Of a DNA stretch of 64,000 nucleotides, positions 26,469 to 38,700 are shown piece after piece. The DNA is from Parvularia atlantis (taxonomy: Eukaryota). The DNA lies in NCBI GenBank assembly GCA_943704415.1, contig CALSCO010001233.1, positions 1-64,000 of the forward strand, read 5' to 3'. Under the pieces are notes generated by a model, which had not been told where the DNA came from, made no database searches, and was given only the letters and a program-made list of their open reading frames with translations. Positions within the stretch are counted from its first letter, which is position 1, and each line of letters starts with the position of its first letter. A program made the position numbers and the translations under genes.

Positions 26469-28028
26469 TCACAGCTGCTCGATCTCGATCGACGCGCCCA
26501 CGTTGAGCTCGTCCACCGGGTTGTACAGCTTCGTGTCGGCCGACATCTTGAGCGTCACCGACGGTACGCTGTCCTGGCCCAGGCGCATCGCCCACGCCGC
26601 CGTGAAGCCGCCCGACGAGTCGATCTGCCCACGCCGCACGCCGTCAGAGCCGTCCGACGCTGGCAGCGTGTCGCCGCCGCGCACCTTGGCCTTGACAAAC
26701 GTCTGCCGCGCGAGCTGCCACGACCCGCCGACGGTCATCAGCGCCTGGCCGCGCTTGTCGCCGTTGGGCCACTTGAGGCCCGTGCTCGTCACGTCGACCT
26801 GGCGGGCGCGTGTGAGCCACTCAGGGGGCCCGCCTCTCTGCGCGACGCACGTCCTGCGAAAACTGGCCGCCGAGCACGACCTGGCGGTTGTGCCAGAGCA
26901 TCTGGTGGACGTACGCAAACAGGACGCGGCTGCCGTCCCCCTGCACCGAGATCTCGTAGCGCGCCGGCTGCCGTTTGTGCGCGGCCGTCAGCGTGCGGCA
27001 TGCTCGCGCGCGCGGGAGCCGCACCATCGGGCCGCCCTTGATCTCACCAACGTAGCTGACCGCAACATTCTTGACCGACAGCTTCGTGTCCTGTCCGTGA
27101 CCGCGCGCGCGCGTGCACGAGCGCAAAAAGTAAGGATAGGTCAGGGCAAACCGACGGGCACGCACGTTGAGGGCGAGCTTGGCCGCGGCGCGGTAGTTGC
27201 GGTAGACGCTGTTGGCCGCCAGCTGCGCGTTGCCCAGGCGCACGTCGTACGCGGCCTTGAGCACCGTCTCGCCGAGCTTGACCGCGCCAAACACCGACAG
27301 CCGCGTCGGCAGGGCCAGCGCGCCCGACACGGGCGACGCCGCGCACAGTCCGCACGACGTCCCGTTCACGAGCTCGTCAAAGACGCTGCGAGCGCCGACC
27401 TCTCAGCTGCCGCACGCGGGCCGTGCGCGCGCGCGCACCGCAGCTTGAGCCGGTAGTACAGCTGCCTCTCGGCCGCGGCAGCATCATACGCGGGCGGCGC
27501 GGCGCTGTCGTCGGGGCTGAAGACGTCTACAATGCCGCGCGCGTCAAGCATGCGCACGTCGACCTTGGCGTCGACGGGCTGCTCGCGGAACCTGCGCGGG
27601 CGGGCGGCCCGGGCCTGAGCACGGCGCCGTCGTGTGCGATGTGCGGCGCGCGGTCGCACCAGAGCTTGCCGCTGGCCTCGATACGGCCGGGCGCAAAGTA
27701 CGGCGGGCGCGACGAGAACGCGTGGTTCGGCAGGCCGAACTTGGCCTTGATGTCGCGGCCGGGCTCGGGGCGCACAAACAGCACGAGCGCCGACTGGTCT
27801 GTGGCGCGACCGTCCCGTCAGCCGTCCGCGGCATCGGCAGTGCGCCCCATCGCACCGTAGCCGGCTGTCAGCAGCTGCCGCACCGTCCGCCCGATCGGCT
27901 GCCGCTGGCCCGCGCGCCGTCCACTGCGCGCAGCCGTGAGCAGCGGCGGGCGGTGAGCAGTGGCACGGCGCGCACCGCGACGGCTCGACCCAGATGCTGC
28001 GCGTCAGCGCTTCGTCGATCGACGACAT
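26469..28028 (-). CDS. Divergent eukaryotic porin-superfamily beta-barrel protein (VDAC/Tom40/Mdm10/OM47-like)
   Basis: Alternating amphipathic strands, VGGSWQL...FVKAKIDSSG, and a C-terminal beta-signal-like NVGASIEIE; multi-exon. Confidence 0.6.
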
Positions 28029-28145
28029 CGATGAGCGTCCGAGCGACCGTGCGACCGAGACTCTGAGCGAAAGCAAAGTGCTTCGCCACGCATGCGCAAA
28101 CACCGGCGGGCACAAGCGGGCGCACAGAGACAGGGGGGGGGAGGC

Positions 28146-28615
28146 TCACGATCTCGAGCTGCGGATCGGCTTCGTGAGGTCGTCCGAGACGGCGCCGCTC
28201 CCGCGCCGACGACACAGCTGCACGGCGATCACGGCGAGCAGCACGCAGATGACCGCGCCCACGACCCCACGAGCGCCACGCCGATGATCTGGCCCGTCGA
28301 CAGGCCCGTTCGAGCTCGTTGTGGCCCACTCGTTCGTCATCGGGTCGCACAGCGCCGCCGCGCGGCAGAACAGCTGGCCGGGTTGATCACCTCAGATGAT
28401 CAGCACGCGCCCGTCGTGCAGCAGAGCAGCCGCAGGCTCCGTCCGTGTGATAAAGCTTCGGGCCCGTGCGCGTCCACACGTTGACGTCCGTGTCGACGAC
28501 GTCGCCGGAGTTTGTTGTCGCGGCTGCCCACGACGAGCACGCGGCCGTGGTGCAGCACGGCGCCCGGCGCACAGCACGTGCGACGTCGTCATGTCGGCCA
28601 CGCGCGTCCAGTCCT
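28146..28615 (-). pseudogene. Degenerate kelch-repeat fragment with C-terminal hydrophobic segment
   Basis: DWTRVADM, AVLHHGRVLVVG, DVVDTDVNVWTRTG, ALLHDGRVLII*G, LCDPMTNEW lie in different frames (about 3 frameshifts plus one in-frame TGA). Confidence 0.65.
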
Positions 28616-28696
28616 GGCCGAGCGCGCCGCGCCGCGCCGCGCCGCGCCGTCACGACGAGGTGCGCATCTCACCCGGGAAGAGTGCTCGTGTCACCG

Positions 28697-28724
28697 ATGG
28701 CTAAGCCGGCCGCGCGCGACGTGC

Positions 28725-28789
<65 letters not shown>

Positions 28790-31700
28790 GACGATCGCGA
28801 CACGAGCACGCTCACGGCCGAGCAGCAGCGCACGGGCACGTTGTGGGGCGCCCGCGCGCGCGCGCCGTTCAATCGCTGATCGACGCGTCGCCAGTGATCC
28901 AGTTCTACGGCCTGGACGTGCTCGAGCCGGACAAGTGGACGCCCACGACGACGATCCTCGACCAGATCGGGATGGGCACCGACACCGGCAGCGCGCTCAA
29001 CGTCTCGGCGCCCGCAGCGCGCGGCGGCGGGTCGCGGTCGCTGTCGTCGTCGTCGTCGTCGTCGGCAGCGGCGGGCGGTGCGGGCGACGAGGCGCAGACG
29101 AACCTGCTCGGGCTGAGCCGCGCCGCCACGAGCGTGCACCCGGCGCGGCTGCAGCGGGCGCGGGCGCAGGACGCGCGCTCGATCGTCGACGGCAGCGGCG
29201 GGGGCGACGACAGGGGTGCGACCAACTCGCGCACTCTATCTCTCGACAGCTCACAGCACGGCCCAGACGCCGGCAGCACCGACCCGACCAGCACCGACTT
29301 CAGCCCGCACGCGTACCTGGCCACGCACTACCCGAACGCGTCGTTCCAGGACGTGCGCACGGGCGCGCAGCACCTACAGACGCGGCTCGAGCAGGTGCGT
29401 CGCTTCGGCTGAAGCAGGCGGCGGCTAACGCGAGCGGGCAGCGCACCGAATACCTGCGCGCGCTCGTGCGCGACAACCTCGACCGCTTCATGAACAGCAA
29501 GGAGGCCATCGACGCGTTCTACGCCGAGCTGAAGACACACGAGCTCATCGGCGACGCCGCCGGCAGCCGCAACTTGCGCCTGACGCTCAAGGGCACGCGC
29601 GCGTGTGCTGCCTCGCCCCTGCGCGCTGCTCTGACCGCATGCGCAGACGCGGCCGACCACACGCAGACCGTCTTTGAGCCGATGCTGCAGCGGCGCATGC
29701 AGGCCGACAATCTGCGCAAGCGGCTGACATTCTATGAGCAGAACCGGTTCATCTTCAACCTGCCGGCGACGCTGCGTGTGGCGATCGCGCGAGTGGAGTC
29801 GTGCAGCGTGCACGTGCCGGCGATGCACTGACGCGCGGCGACCCGCACGCGCAGAAAAACTACGACCAGGCCGTGCGCGACTTCAAGAAGGGCCGGCAGT
29901 ACGCCACCTCAGACACGCCCGTGCGCTGCACGTGCCACCCACTGTGCGCGCGTATCGCTTAGTCGCAACTCGTGCACACGACGCAGGCGTACGCCAAGGC
30001 CTGGAAGGAGGTCCTGACGATCGTGCAGCTGCTCAAGGTCGAGCTGACGGCGACGCTGCGCGACCAGGCAGTCTCGGTGGACGTGCAGGAGCGGCTGATC
30101 GAGTGCGCACGGAGGGAAGACGCAGTGTGCGCGCACGTGCTTACGCGAGCGCAGACACCTCGTTGACCTGCAGACCAACAGCAAGGGCGAGTTTGAGGGC
30201 ACGACGGACCCCGCGTGGGACTTTCTCAGGCACGGCGCGCAGTGCCGCTGTTCCACACCGCTGACAGCCGTGCGCAGCTACCGCTATGAGGGCGTGCGGC
30301 GGCAGATGCAGGCGCTCGTGTCGACCTTCACAGCGCGCCTGTGCGAGATCGGTGCCGTCGACGGCCCATTGCGCATGCTCGCCTGCTCACCCGCGGCGCC
30401 GCAGACGCTATCCCCGTCCGCCACGACCAGAACGACCTGCGCCGGCGCCGCATCGTCAGCGTCGTGCTGCACCACCGCCTCGGCGTCTTCACGGGCGAGG
30501 GCGGCGATTTGCAGGATCTCGCGTGGAAGCGCTGGCTGTTGTTCCGGCGCCACGTCGAGCGGCTGTCGGCCGTGTTCACGGCGACGATGCCGGACCTCGC
30601 GCGCCTCGTGCGCTCGTACGTCGAGGGGCAGTTCTCCAAGGTGTGACGACAGCTGTCGCTGGCTCTGTGCTCATCTGACCTGTGACGCAGCGCCTCGGCT
30701 TTGCCAGCCGCCACCAGGGGCAGCAGTACACGAGCAATGCGCGCGGGATTATCCGCGACGTGATCGACACCTATGCCGGACACGTCCTCGCGGCGCTCCA
30801 GGCGGTCACTGCGCCGCCCAGCAACTCCGCCGTGCCCGTGGACCCGCTGCAGGCCGCGTTCATCGTCTCGCGCGCGCACTACAACGTCGTGCAGTGCTGG
30901 GACATGGTGCGCATGGTCAAGGTCGCGCACGGTGCGTGCGGCGCCTGGCCTCCTCTTGTGCGCGACTGCCGGCTCAGCGTGCGTGCGTGTCAGGTGACGA
31001 CGCGGGCGCGTTTGGCAAGCTGCGCAGCGCTCTTGTGGGCGTGATCTGCGACGCGTGGGTCAGCGGTGCGCTTTTACGGGCCGTTGCGAAGCATGCGTGC
31101 TGAGGCAGCTGCACGTGCAGAGACGCGTCGCTTCGCCGAGTACGAGCACTGGACGGCCGACACGGTGCACTGAGCGCTCAGGGGGACTGTGCACCGTGCT
31201 CACGCCCGCACAGCAGCATGGGTCGCAGACAACGTCGCTGCCGCGGCTGTTCCGCGAGTTTTCGCGCCTGCTGCTGCTGTCTCTGCGCGACATCGCCGCG
31301 TTTCAGGTGCGAGCGACACGGAATTGCAGCCGGTCTGACCGCGAGTGAGTACACGGACCGGCAGCACACGCATACATCAGACGCCCACAGCGCCGCACCG
31401 CCGCCGCCGCAGCCCATGCGCATCGTCGCCGCGCTGCGTGACCGCATCCGTGCGACGACGTTCGAGGCGCTGTCGAGCTTTGCCGACGTCCTGCACCACC
31501 TCGCCTTTGCGCCAGCCGACGCGCTCGACCTGTGCGTCCGCAGAGCCGTGCAACGGCGTCCTCACGCCACGCACACAGCTCGCTCGTCACGGCGCGCACG
31601 CGGCGCCTCGGCCAGACGCTTGTGGCCAACGTCGACGACCCCGTGCGTCCGGCCGGCCTTGCGTCGCATGCGCGTGCTCACAAGCATCGCTCGCCTGCGC

Positions 31701-32587
31701 AGTCAACCCGCGTCCTGGTCGTGCTGAGCAACGTCGTCTACATCCGCGACGTGATGCTCCCGGCGCTGCGGGCCGAGTTTGAGGCGTTCTTCCAGGCGTC
31801 GATGTCGCACGCGGCCGAGGTGCGGTGACGACTGCGGTCGCGTGTTGGACGCTCATGCCAGCGGGCACGCGCAAAACAGACGGCGCTCGCGACACTCGGC
31901 CACCTCGAGTCGCTACTCTACCAGCGCTACCTGGCGACGAAGATGAGCGGCCTGTCGCAGCTGGTTGAGCAGGGCATGCTCTGGAGCGGCGTCAACTGGC
32001 TGCAGACGCAGCGGCCTAACGGTGCGTTCCGTGCGGTTTTGCGCGCTGCTGGAGGCGCTCACGTACGTGCGCGTCGATCAGAGATCCGCTCGTACGCGTA
32101 CGAGGTGCTGATGCGCCTGGTCAAGGTGCACCACCAAGTCACCGACACGTCTCGCACGATCCTCGCACGGTGCGGCGCGCGTGTGCGGTGCCATGTGCGC
32201 GGCTCACGCTGCCGACCCAGCGTCATGGGCGACGTGCTTGGCCTGCTCGCCGTGTGCTACGCCGACGCCGTCGCGCAGATCGGCACGTTCGGCCTGGGCG
32301 GGATGATGCAGGTGCTGCTCGAGCTCGAGTTTATCCAGCAGACCCTCGCCGCGTACGAGACGCCCGACAGCCGCGGCAATTTCGCCGGGGCCGTGACGAT
32401 CCTGCGCGCGCTCACGCGTCTGCAGCCGGCTGTGGGCGCTGCGGCCAAGGGCGGGTCCAGCGAGCTCGGGCCGACCGAGGCCAAGGACCCGCCCGCGTTG
32501 CAGGCCGAACTCAAGGAGCTGCGCGAGGTGCTGCGGCAAGCCGCGCGGTTCTCCGAGGCGCAGTTCCGCTGCTTTGCGCGTGCATAG
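28697..32587 (+). CDS. SEC5: Exocyst complex component Sec5/EXOC2
   Basis: STDFSPHAYLATHY, LRALVRDNLDRFMNSKEAID, RFIFNLP, YDQAVRDFKKG, LVVLSN, IRSYAYEVLMRLV.VH, QVLLELEF, QFRCF; many introns. Confidence 0.93.
28728..28787 (+). repeat. (GAC)n trinucleotide repeat encoding poly-Asp in the Sec5 N-terminus
   Basis: About 20 consecutive GAC units. Confidence 0.9.
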
Positions 32588-32697
32588 CCGCACACGGCGC
32601 TGTTGCTGTGCTACGGCGGCGATGCATCAGAATGCTTTGCGCGTGCATAGCCGCACACGGCACTGTTGCTGTGCTACGGCGGCGATGCATCAAAATG
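32570..32697. repeat. 63-bp tandem duplication spanning the SEC5 stop codon
   Basis: Two near-identical copies of tgctttgcgcgtgcatagccgcacacggc...gatgcatcaraa with 2 mismatches. Confidence 0.92.
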
Positions 32698-33611
32698 TTA
32701 CAACCTTCTTTGGCCGGCGCACGGCCACAATGGCCGTCGCGGGCGCAGCGGGCAGGGCGGGCGCGCGCGCCGCCTCCGCCGCTGCCGCCGCCGCCAGCGG
32801 CCGTTGCTTGCTCGGGCGCTGGGCGGCCTTGCGTTGCTGCATGCGCGGTGGCGGGTCAAACCAGTCGCGACCGCAACCGCGGCGGGCACGCACGGCGGCG
32901 GCGGCTTGGAGCGCCTCGATGGTGTCGTCCGTGTCGGCGTCGCGCGCGCCGCCCGTGTCCATCGACAGCGTGATCTCGCCGCGCGCCGCCTGCTGCACGA
33001 CGCAGTCCTTGGCCAGATGCGCCTTCGAGCCGCACTTGTTGCACTGGCCGCCTGCGCTGCGGGGCGTCAGCGGCCGTTGCGCGTGCCGGCGACAGCTGAC
33101 GACGCGCCCTGAGGGTAGACGCCGTGCTCATTACTGGCGCAGGCCGATGCCAAATGCCCCGTCTGGCCGCAGACGAAACAGCGCGCGAAGCGGAAGCCGG
33201 CTGGGTGCATGCATGAGCGTGGCCGAGCACGGCGACCGCGCGACACGCACGCTTCGAGCAGGCCTTGCTCGTGTGCTCGGTCGAGCCGCAGCGGTAGCAG
33301 AAGCCGGCGCCAGCCACGTCCGGGCAATCCTCGAGCACGTGCCCCGTGCGGCGGCAGTTGAAGCAGACCTTCGCCGGATGCCCAGATGCCGATGCGATGA
33401 GCAGCAAGCAGCACATCTGTCAAGCGCGCACCAGCTCGCTCGCACGCTGCCGCACGCGGCGCATCCGCCGCTGCTCGCTGCGCAGCTGCGCCTTGGCCGC
33501 CTGATGCGCCGCCTCGGGCGCGCCGCGCCGGCGCTGCGGCAGGCCGGCCGCCGGCGCCACGCGCAGCTCGGCCCACGGCGTCGCGGCCTGTGCCCCTCGA
33601 GGCGCGGCCAT
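32690..33611 (-). CDS. ZCCHC9: Four-zinc-knuckle (CCHC) protein, ZCCHC9-like
   Basis: CFNCRRTGH....C, CYRCGSTEH....C, FARCFVCGQTGHLASAC...GVYPQGG.C.KCGS..HLAKDC, C-terminal KKVVTF. Confidence 0.88.
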
Positions 33612-33731
33612 CTTGCCCGCGCGTGTCATACTTCTAGGCGTTTCCTTCGAAATGCATCTTATCTGCCACGTGGCACGTCGTCACTTTCGTCCGCCTCTCG
33701 TTCACGCGCCTCTTCTCGTCGACCCCGCGCC

Positions 33732-34578
33732 ATGAAGTCGGCCACGGCCCTCGTCGTCGTCCTCGCCCTCGCCCTCTGCGGCCTCGCCCTCGCCACCGTC
33801 CCCGCCGCACAGGGTGCGCCACCGCTCGCCTCTGTCGTGGTCGTGTGTGTTTTTTTTTTTGCCGCTGACACGGCGCCGCTGTCGAGCAGCCAACGCCAAC
33901 GCCAACGCCGCCAGCGCCCCCACCGTCGACGTCGACGCGCTGTTCGAGCAGTACCTCAAGCTCAAGGGCAAGCTGGCGCAGCTTGATGCGCCCGCCGACC
34001 CCGCCGCGCCCGCCACCGACGTCAAGACGCACGCCAAGGCGCGTGACGCAACCACCCCCGCGCCGCACGTCGCCCATTACTGACGCCGCCGCTGCCGCCG
34101 CCCGCCTCGCAGAACGTGCACAAAGTCGAGGAGAAGCGCGCGGCCCTCGCGGCGCTCGAGCAGCAGCTGGCCAGCCTCAACGTCGACGTCGTCGCCAAGC
34201 AGGCCGAGCGCCAGCAGCTGGCCGCGGCCGCCGCGCAGGAGGAGGCGCTCAACGTGCAGTTCCAGCAGGCGTGGATCAACAAGCTGCGCGCCGACGGCCG
34301 CGCCGCCGAGGCCGACCGCGTACGCCGCCGCGCCCACTCGCCGCGTGCCCGTATGGCTCACGCGCATCGCGCGCGCCCCACAGGAGACCGAGAAGCTCGC
34401 CGGCATCAAGCACCGCAAGGCCATGCTCTCGCCCGCCGAGAAGGCCAAGGACAAGATCGCGCGCCTGCAGCTCAAGCTTGAGCGCGAGCAGTACCGCGTC
34501 TCGTGGCTCGAGCAGGCCGCCAAGCAGCAGCAGCAGCAGCAGGTCGCCGCGCCAGCGGGTGCGTTTGTTTTCGCCTGA
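33732..34578 (+). CDS. Unknown secreted coiled-coil protein
   Basis: Signal peptide MKSATALVVVLALALCGLALA, three short introns, helical A/E/K/Q-rich body. The 3' end is uncertain (possible further intron at 34559). Confidence 0.7.
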
Positions 34579-35098
34579 GGTGGCCACCTGCGCGCCCACA
34601 CTGACGCCCAGCGTGCATGGACGACCACGACGCGCCCAGTGTGAACGCATGACTGCGGCAAGAAGTGGCTGCGAAAAAGGTGCACGCTCGCGTGCTGTGG
34701 GGGCATTCGCCAGTCGTGCTCACGCCGCTCCGTTGCCGCAGAAATCCGGCCGCACTGAGGCCCAAAAGTCTCCATTTTGTCATCATCATCCGTCGTTGTC
34801 GCCCCGCTGTCTGTGCACCCGTCCGCGCCCGCCTCGCCCTCGCCCTCGCTGCTGCGCGTCGACGCCGCGCCGTTCACCCGCCCGATCATCGTCTTCCCCT
34901 CGCCGCTGCCGCCCGCGGGCAGCGGCGCCAGCAAGAAGGCGAAGAAGGCGCGCAAGTGAGCTCGATGTACCGTGTGCGACTGTGCATTGATGCGCATTTA
35001 CCGCTGCGGCGCCGTTGAAGAGAAAATGGAGAGAAGTGGGTAATTAGGCCTACAGTACACCACCGAGTGAGGGGTTAGTACAGAGGTGCCGGCCTTCG

Positions 35099-35697
35099 AT
35101 GTCGCACCACAAGGACGACGACGATGCAGCGGGGACGGCGACGCACGACGGCGACGACAGGGACACTGACGCCGGGACGGCGGCGTACGAGCGTGCGTGC
35201 GTGGCGGTCGGGGCCGATGACGTCGGGGCGGTGGCCGGCGGCGACGATGCGGGCGATGCGGCGCGTCTCAACGCGGCGGCGGCGATCGCGTACGACAGCG
35301 ACGGCGACCCGCCGCGCGTCGAGATGGACTCGCACGAGGTCATGGCCCTGCTCGCCGACGCCGACGAGCCCGGCGCGCTGCTGCTGGGCGCCGCCGCCGC
35401 CGGCGAGGCCCGCGAGCTGGCGCTCACCCGCGACGTCTTCGCGCACCACCACCAGCACGCGGCCGGCTTCATCGCCGCCGGCACCGTCGCCCCGGCCGCG
35501 CTCAGCAGCGACGGCGGCGATGGCGCGGCGCCCGGCGAGCAGTCCGCGGCGAAGCGGCCCGCCGGCGACGACGCGGCCGCGCCGCACGTCGCGCACAAGA
35601 AGCACAAGAAGCGGCACAGGAGCGCTCTCGCCGCGCTCGTCGGACCCGACCTGGACGACGAGGACGACGGCGACTTCAAGGCCGGCGCGGACGATGA

Positions 35698-35734
<37 letters not shown>

Positions 35735-38700
35735 TTTGACTTCAAGGGCAGCGAGGACGAGGACGACGACGTCAAGGGCAACGACGATGATAAAGACGAC
35801 GACACCGATCACGGCAACGACGGCAAGCCGCGCCCGTCCGCGGCCGCCAAGGGCAAGCAGCCCGCGCGCGCCGACGACACCGCCCTGCAGCTCGACCGCG
35901 ACTACGATTCGGCCGACGACGGATCGTTCCACGGCAGCGCGGTCGACACAGACGACAGCGGGAGCGAGAGCGACGACGAGGACGAGGACACCAACTCGAG
36001 CGCGCGCGGCGTCGACGGCACGCCAAACACCGACGCGGCCGGCGCCGGGTACAGCTCTGGTGCGTGCGCGCGCGTGCACGCCACGAGCCGCGCTGACGCA
36101 TCATCAGGCTCGTCCGACGAGGGCGACGACGTCGAGGACGAGGAGATGAATCGCCTCGGCGAGCAGCAGCTCGCGTCGCAGGCCAGCGGTGCGCCCGTTC
36201 ACTGCCCCCGATCGCTGTGCTGAGCGTGCTCGCGCCAGACATCCGCCTGCGGCTGCAGCGCTCTGATCGCGCCAACCGCACGGGCATCCTGTACGACGAG
36301 GGCATGCTCGCGCACAAGCACCCATTGGAGGAGCACGTTGAGCGGGTGTGTGGGCACACGCACTGACGCGGAGCACCGGCTGACGCGCCCGCCGCGGCCA
36401 GCCCGAGCGCATCCAGCACATGTTTGAGCAGATGGTCCGCTGCGGCATCCTGGACCTTAGTCGGCGGTACCAGTCGCGCCCGGCCACGCGCGACGAGCTG
36501 GCGGAGGTGCACACGGCCGACTACCTCGACCAGCTCTTCCGGATGGAGGGTGCGCGGCGTGCGCGCGCCTCGCACGGCCTGATCGTGTGCGCACGCACAG
36601 GCCTGACGGACGAGGCGCTGATGGAGATCGCCACGCGCGACTACAACTCGGTCTACCTTTGCACGGGCAGCCTCAAGGCCGCGCTACTCTCGTCCGGCGG
36701 CGTGCTCACGCTGCTCGAGGCGGTCATGACCGGGCAGATTCAGAACGGGTTCGCGGTCGTGCGCCCGCCGGGGCACCACGCCGAGCACCAGTGCGCGATG
36801 GGCTTCTGCCTGATCGACAACATCGCCGTGGCTGCACGCACGGCCCAGTCCAAGTACAACCTCAAGCGCATCCTCATCCTCGACTGGGACGTGCACCACG
36901 GTGGGCGGCCCACACTGCTGGCGCTGTGCCGCTCACCGCCGCGTCAGGCAACGGCATCCAGCGCGTCTTCCAGGCTGACCCGAACGTGCTCTACATGTCG
37001 CTGCATCGCTACGAGGACGGTCTGTTTTACCCGCACTCGCGCGACGCCGACGTCTCGTTCGTGGGCGTGGACGGCGCCGAGGGCAGGCACGCGCCGTCTG
37101 GAGCTCGCTCTGCACGGCCGCGTGCTGACCGTGCACGGCGCCAGGACCGTCAACGTGCCCTGGGACACGTACAACATGGGCGACGCCGACTACCTCTTCG
37201 CCTTCGAGCAGGTGCTTATGCCGATCGCGCGCGAGTTCCAGCCGGAGCTCGTCCTTGTCGCCGCGGGCTTTGACGCGGCCCAGGGCGACCCGATCGGCGG
37301 TTGTCTCGTCACGCCCGCGGGCTTCTCGCAAATGACGCAGATGCTGTCGTCACTCGCCGACGGCCGCGTGCTCATGGTGCTCGAGGTGCGTCGCGGGCAC
37401 GTGCTTGTGCCAGCGACGGTGCTGACACCGCGCGCCGCGGGCAGGGCGGGTACAACCTGCGCTCGATCGCGATGTGCGCGTCCGCGTGCGCCTCGGTCTT
37501 GCTCGGGTGCGGCGCCGCTGCAGCCCTGTGCCGCGCGGGCGCACCTGACGAAAACGCCCCCAGGGCCGCGCCGCTGCCGCTCGAGAGCTTCACGCCGACG
37601 GCGAGCGGCATTGCCACCGTGCGCAAGGTCGTCGACGTCCACGCGGCGTACTGGCGCTCGCTGCCGCGCGTGGTCGACGTCAAGCGGTACTACCTTGCGG
37701 GCGAGACCGACAAGGACGGGGTGCTCTCGAGCGGTGCGCGCTGCTGTGCCGTGGGGCGCGTGCTGATGCGGTTGCGCGGTGCAGAGATCCAGCGCCCGCT
37801 GTCGTCGTACGCGCTCAGCCTGAACGGTCTGCTGGACGCGTGGGTGTGGGACGCGATGGTCGGCTCGGGCATGTACAAGTTCCCGCTCAAGATGGACGTC
37901 GAGCCCGCGTCGGTCTACATGAGGCACGACGCGGTGTGCAGCCGCGGCAGCCGCCCGGATCTTACCGCTGTGGCGCAGCTCGCGCGCGCTCTCGTCCGAC
38001 GCGCCTCTAACGCTCCTCTTCCACGGCAGGTGCGATGCCGGTGTGGCTGTGCGCGTGTCGCTGACGCGCCTGTGGCGTGCGCGCAGCGGGCACATCCGGT
38101 GCAGCCCTCTGGCGTCGCCGCTGCGCGCATGCAGCTGACAGCGCTTCGCTGCGCGCAGATTCACCAACCAGAACGGCGACAACGTGCTGAACGCGTCGTC
38201 GGTGCGTGCGACGCCGTCGCACTCGCCCGCTGACGCTGCACGCGGCCGCAGTCGTTCTTGACTGGCACAATTATGCCATACGTCGACACGGCGATGAAGG
38301 AAGGCTCGAGCGTGATCGCAGTGCACGTGCACTCGGCCGGGCTCGACGTGCGCGCGCGCTTGAGCGGCCATCCCACATGCTAACGGCCGCGCGTCTAGCC
38401 CTTCGACGACACGGCGAGCGACGAGCTGCGCAGGATCGTGCTGTATTTGTGGGACGAGTACATCGAGTGCGTGCACCCGCACGCACGCACGCACGAGCCG
38501 TGGCTAAGCACGCGCGCGCACGCGTGCAGGCCGTGCGAGGCGCACAAGATCAACGTCATCGCCGACCCGACCGGCGTGCGCTGCCTCACGCCGCTGTACA
38601 CGTCGCGCGGTGCGCCCTTCGTCGTCTCCCGTGCGAGGCTTACCGAGCGGGCGCAGACATCGAGGGCCGCATCGCCGGCACGGTCGCATTCACGCTGCCC

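Noticed and set aside
32690..33611. CCHC knuckles as retrotransposon Gag
   Set aside because: Intron-containing, ZCCHC9-like motifs, and no pol or LTRs nearby.
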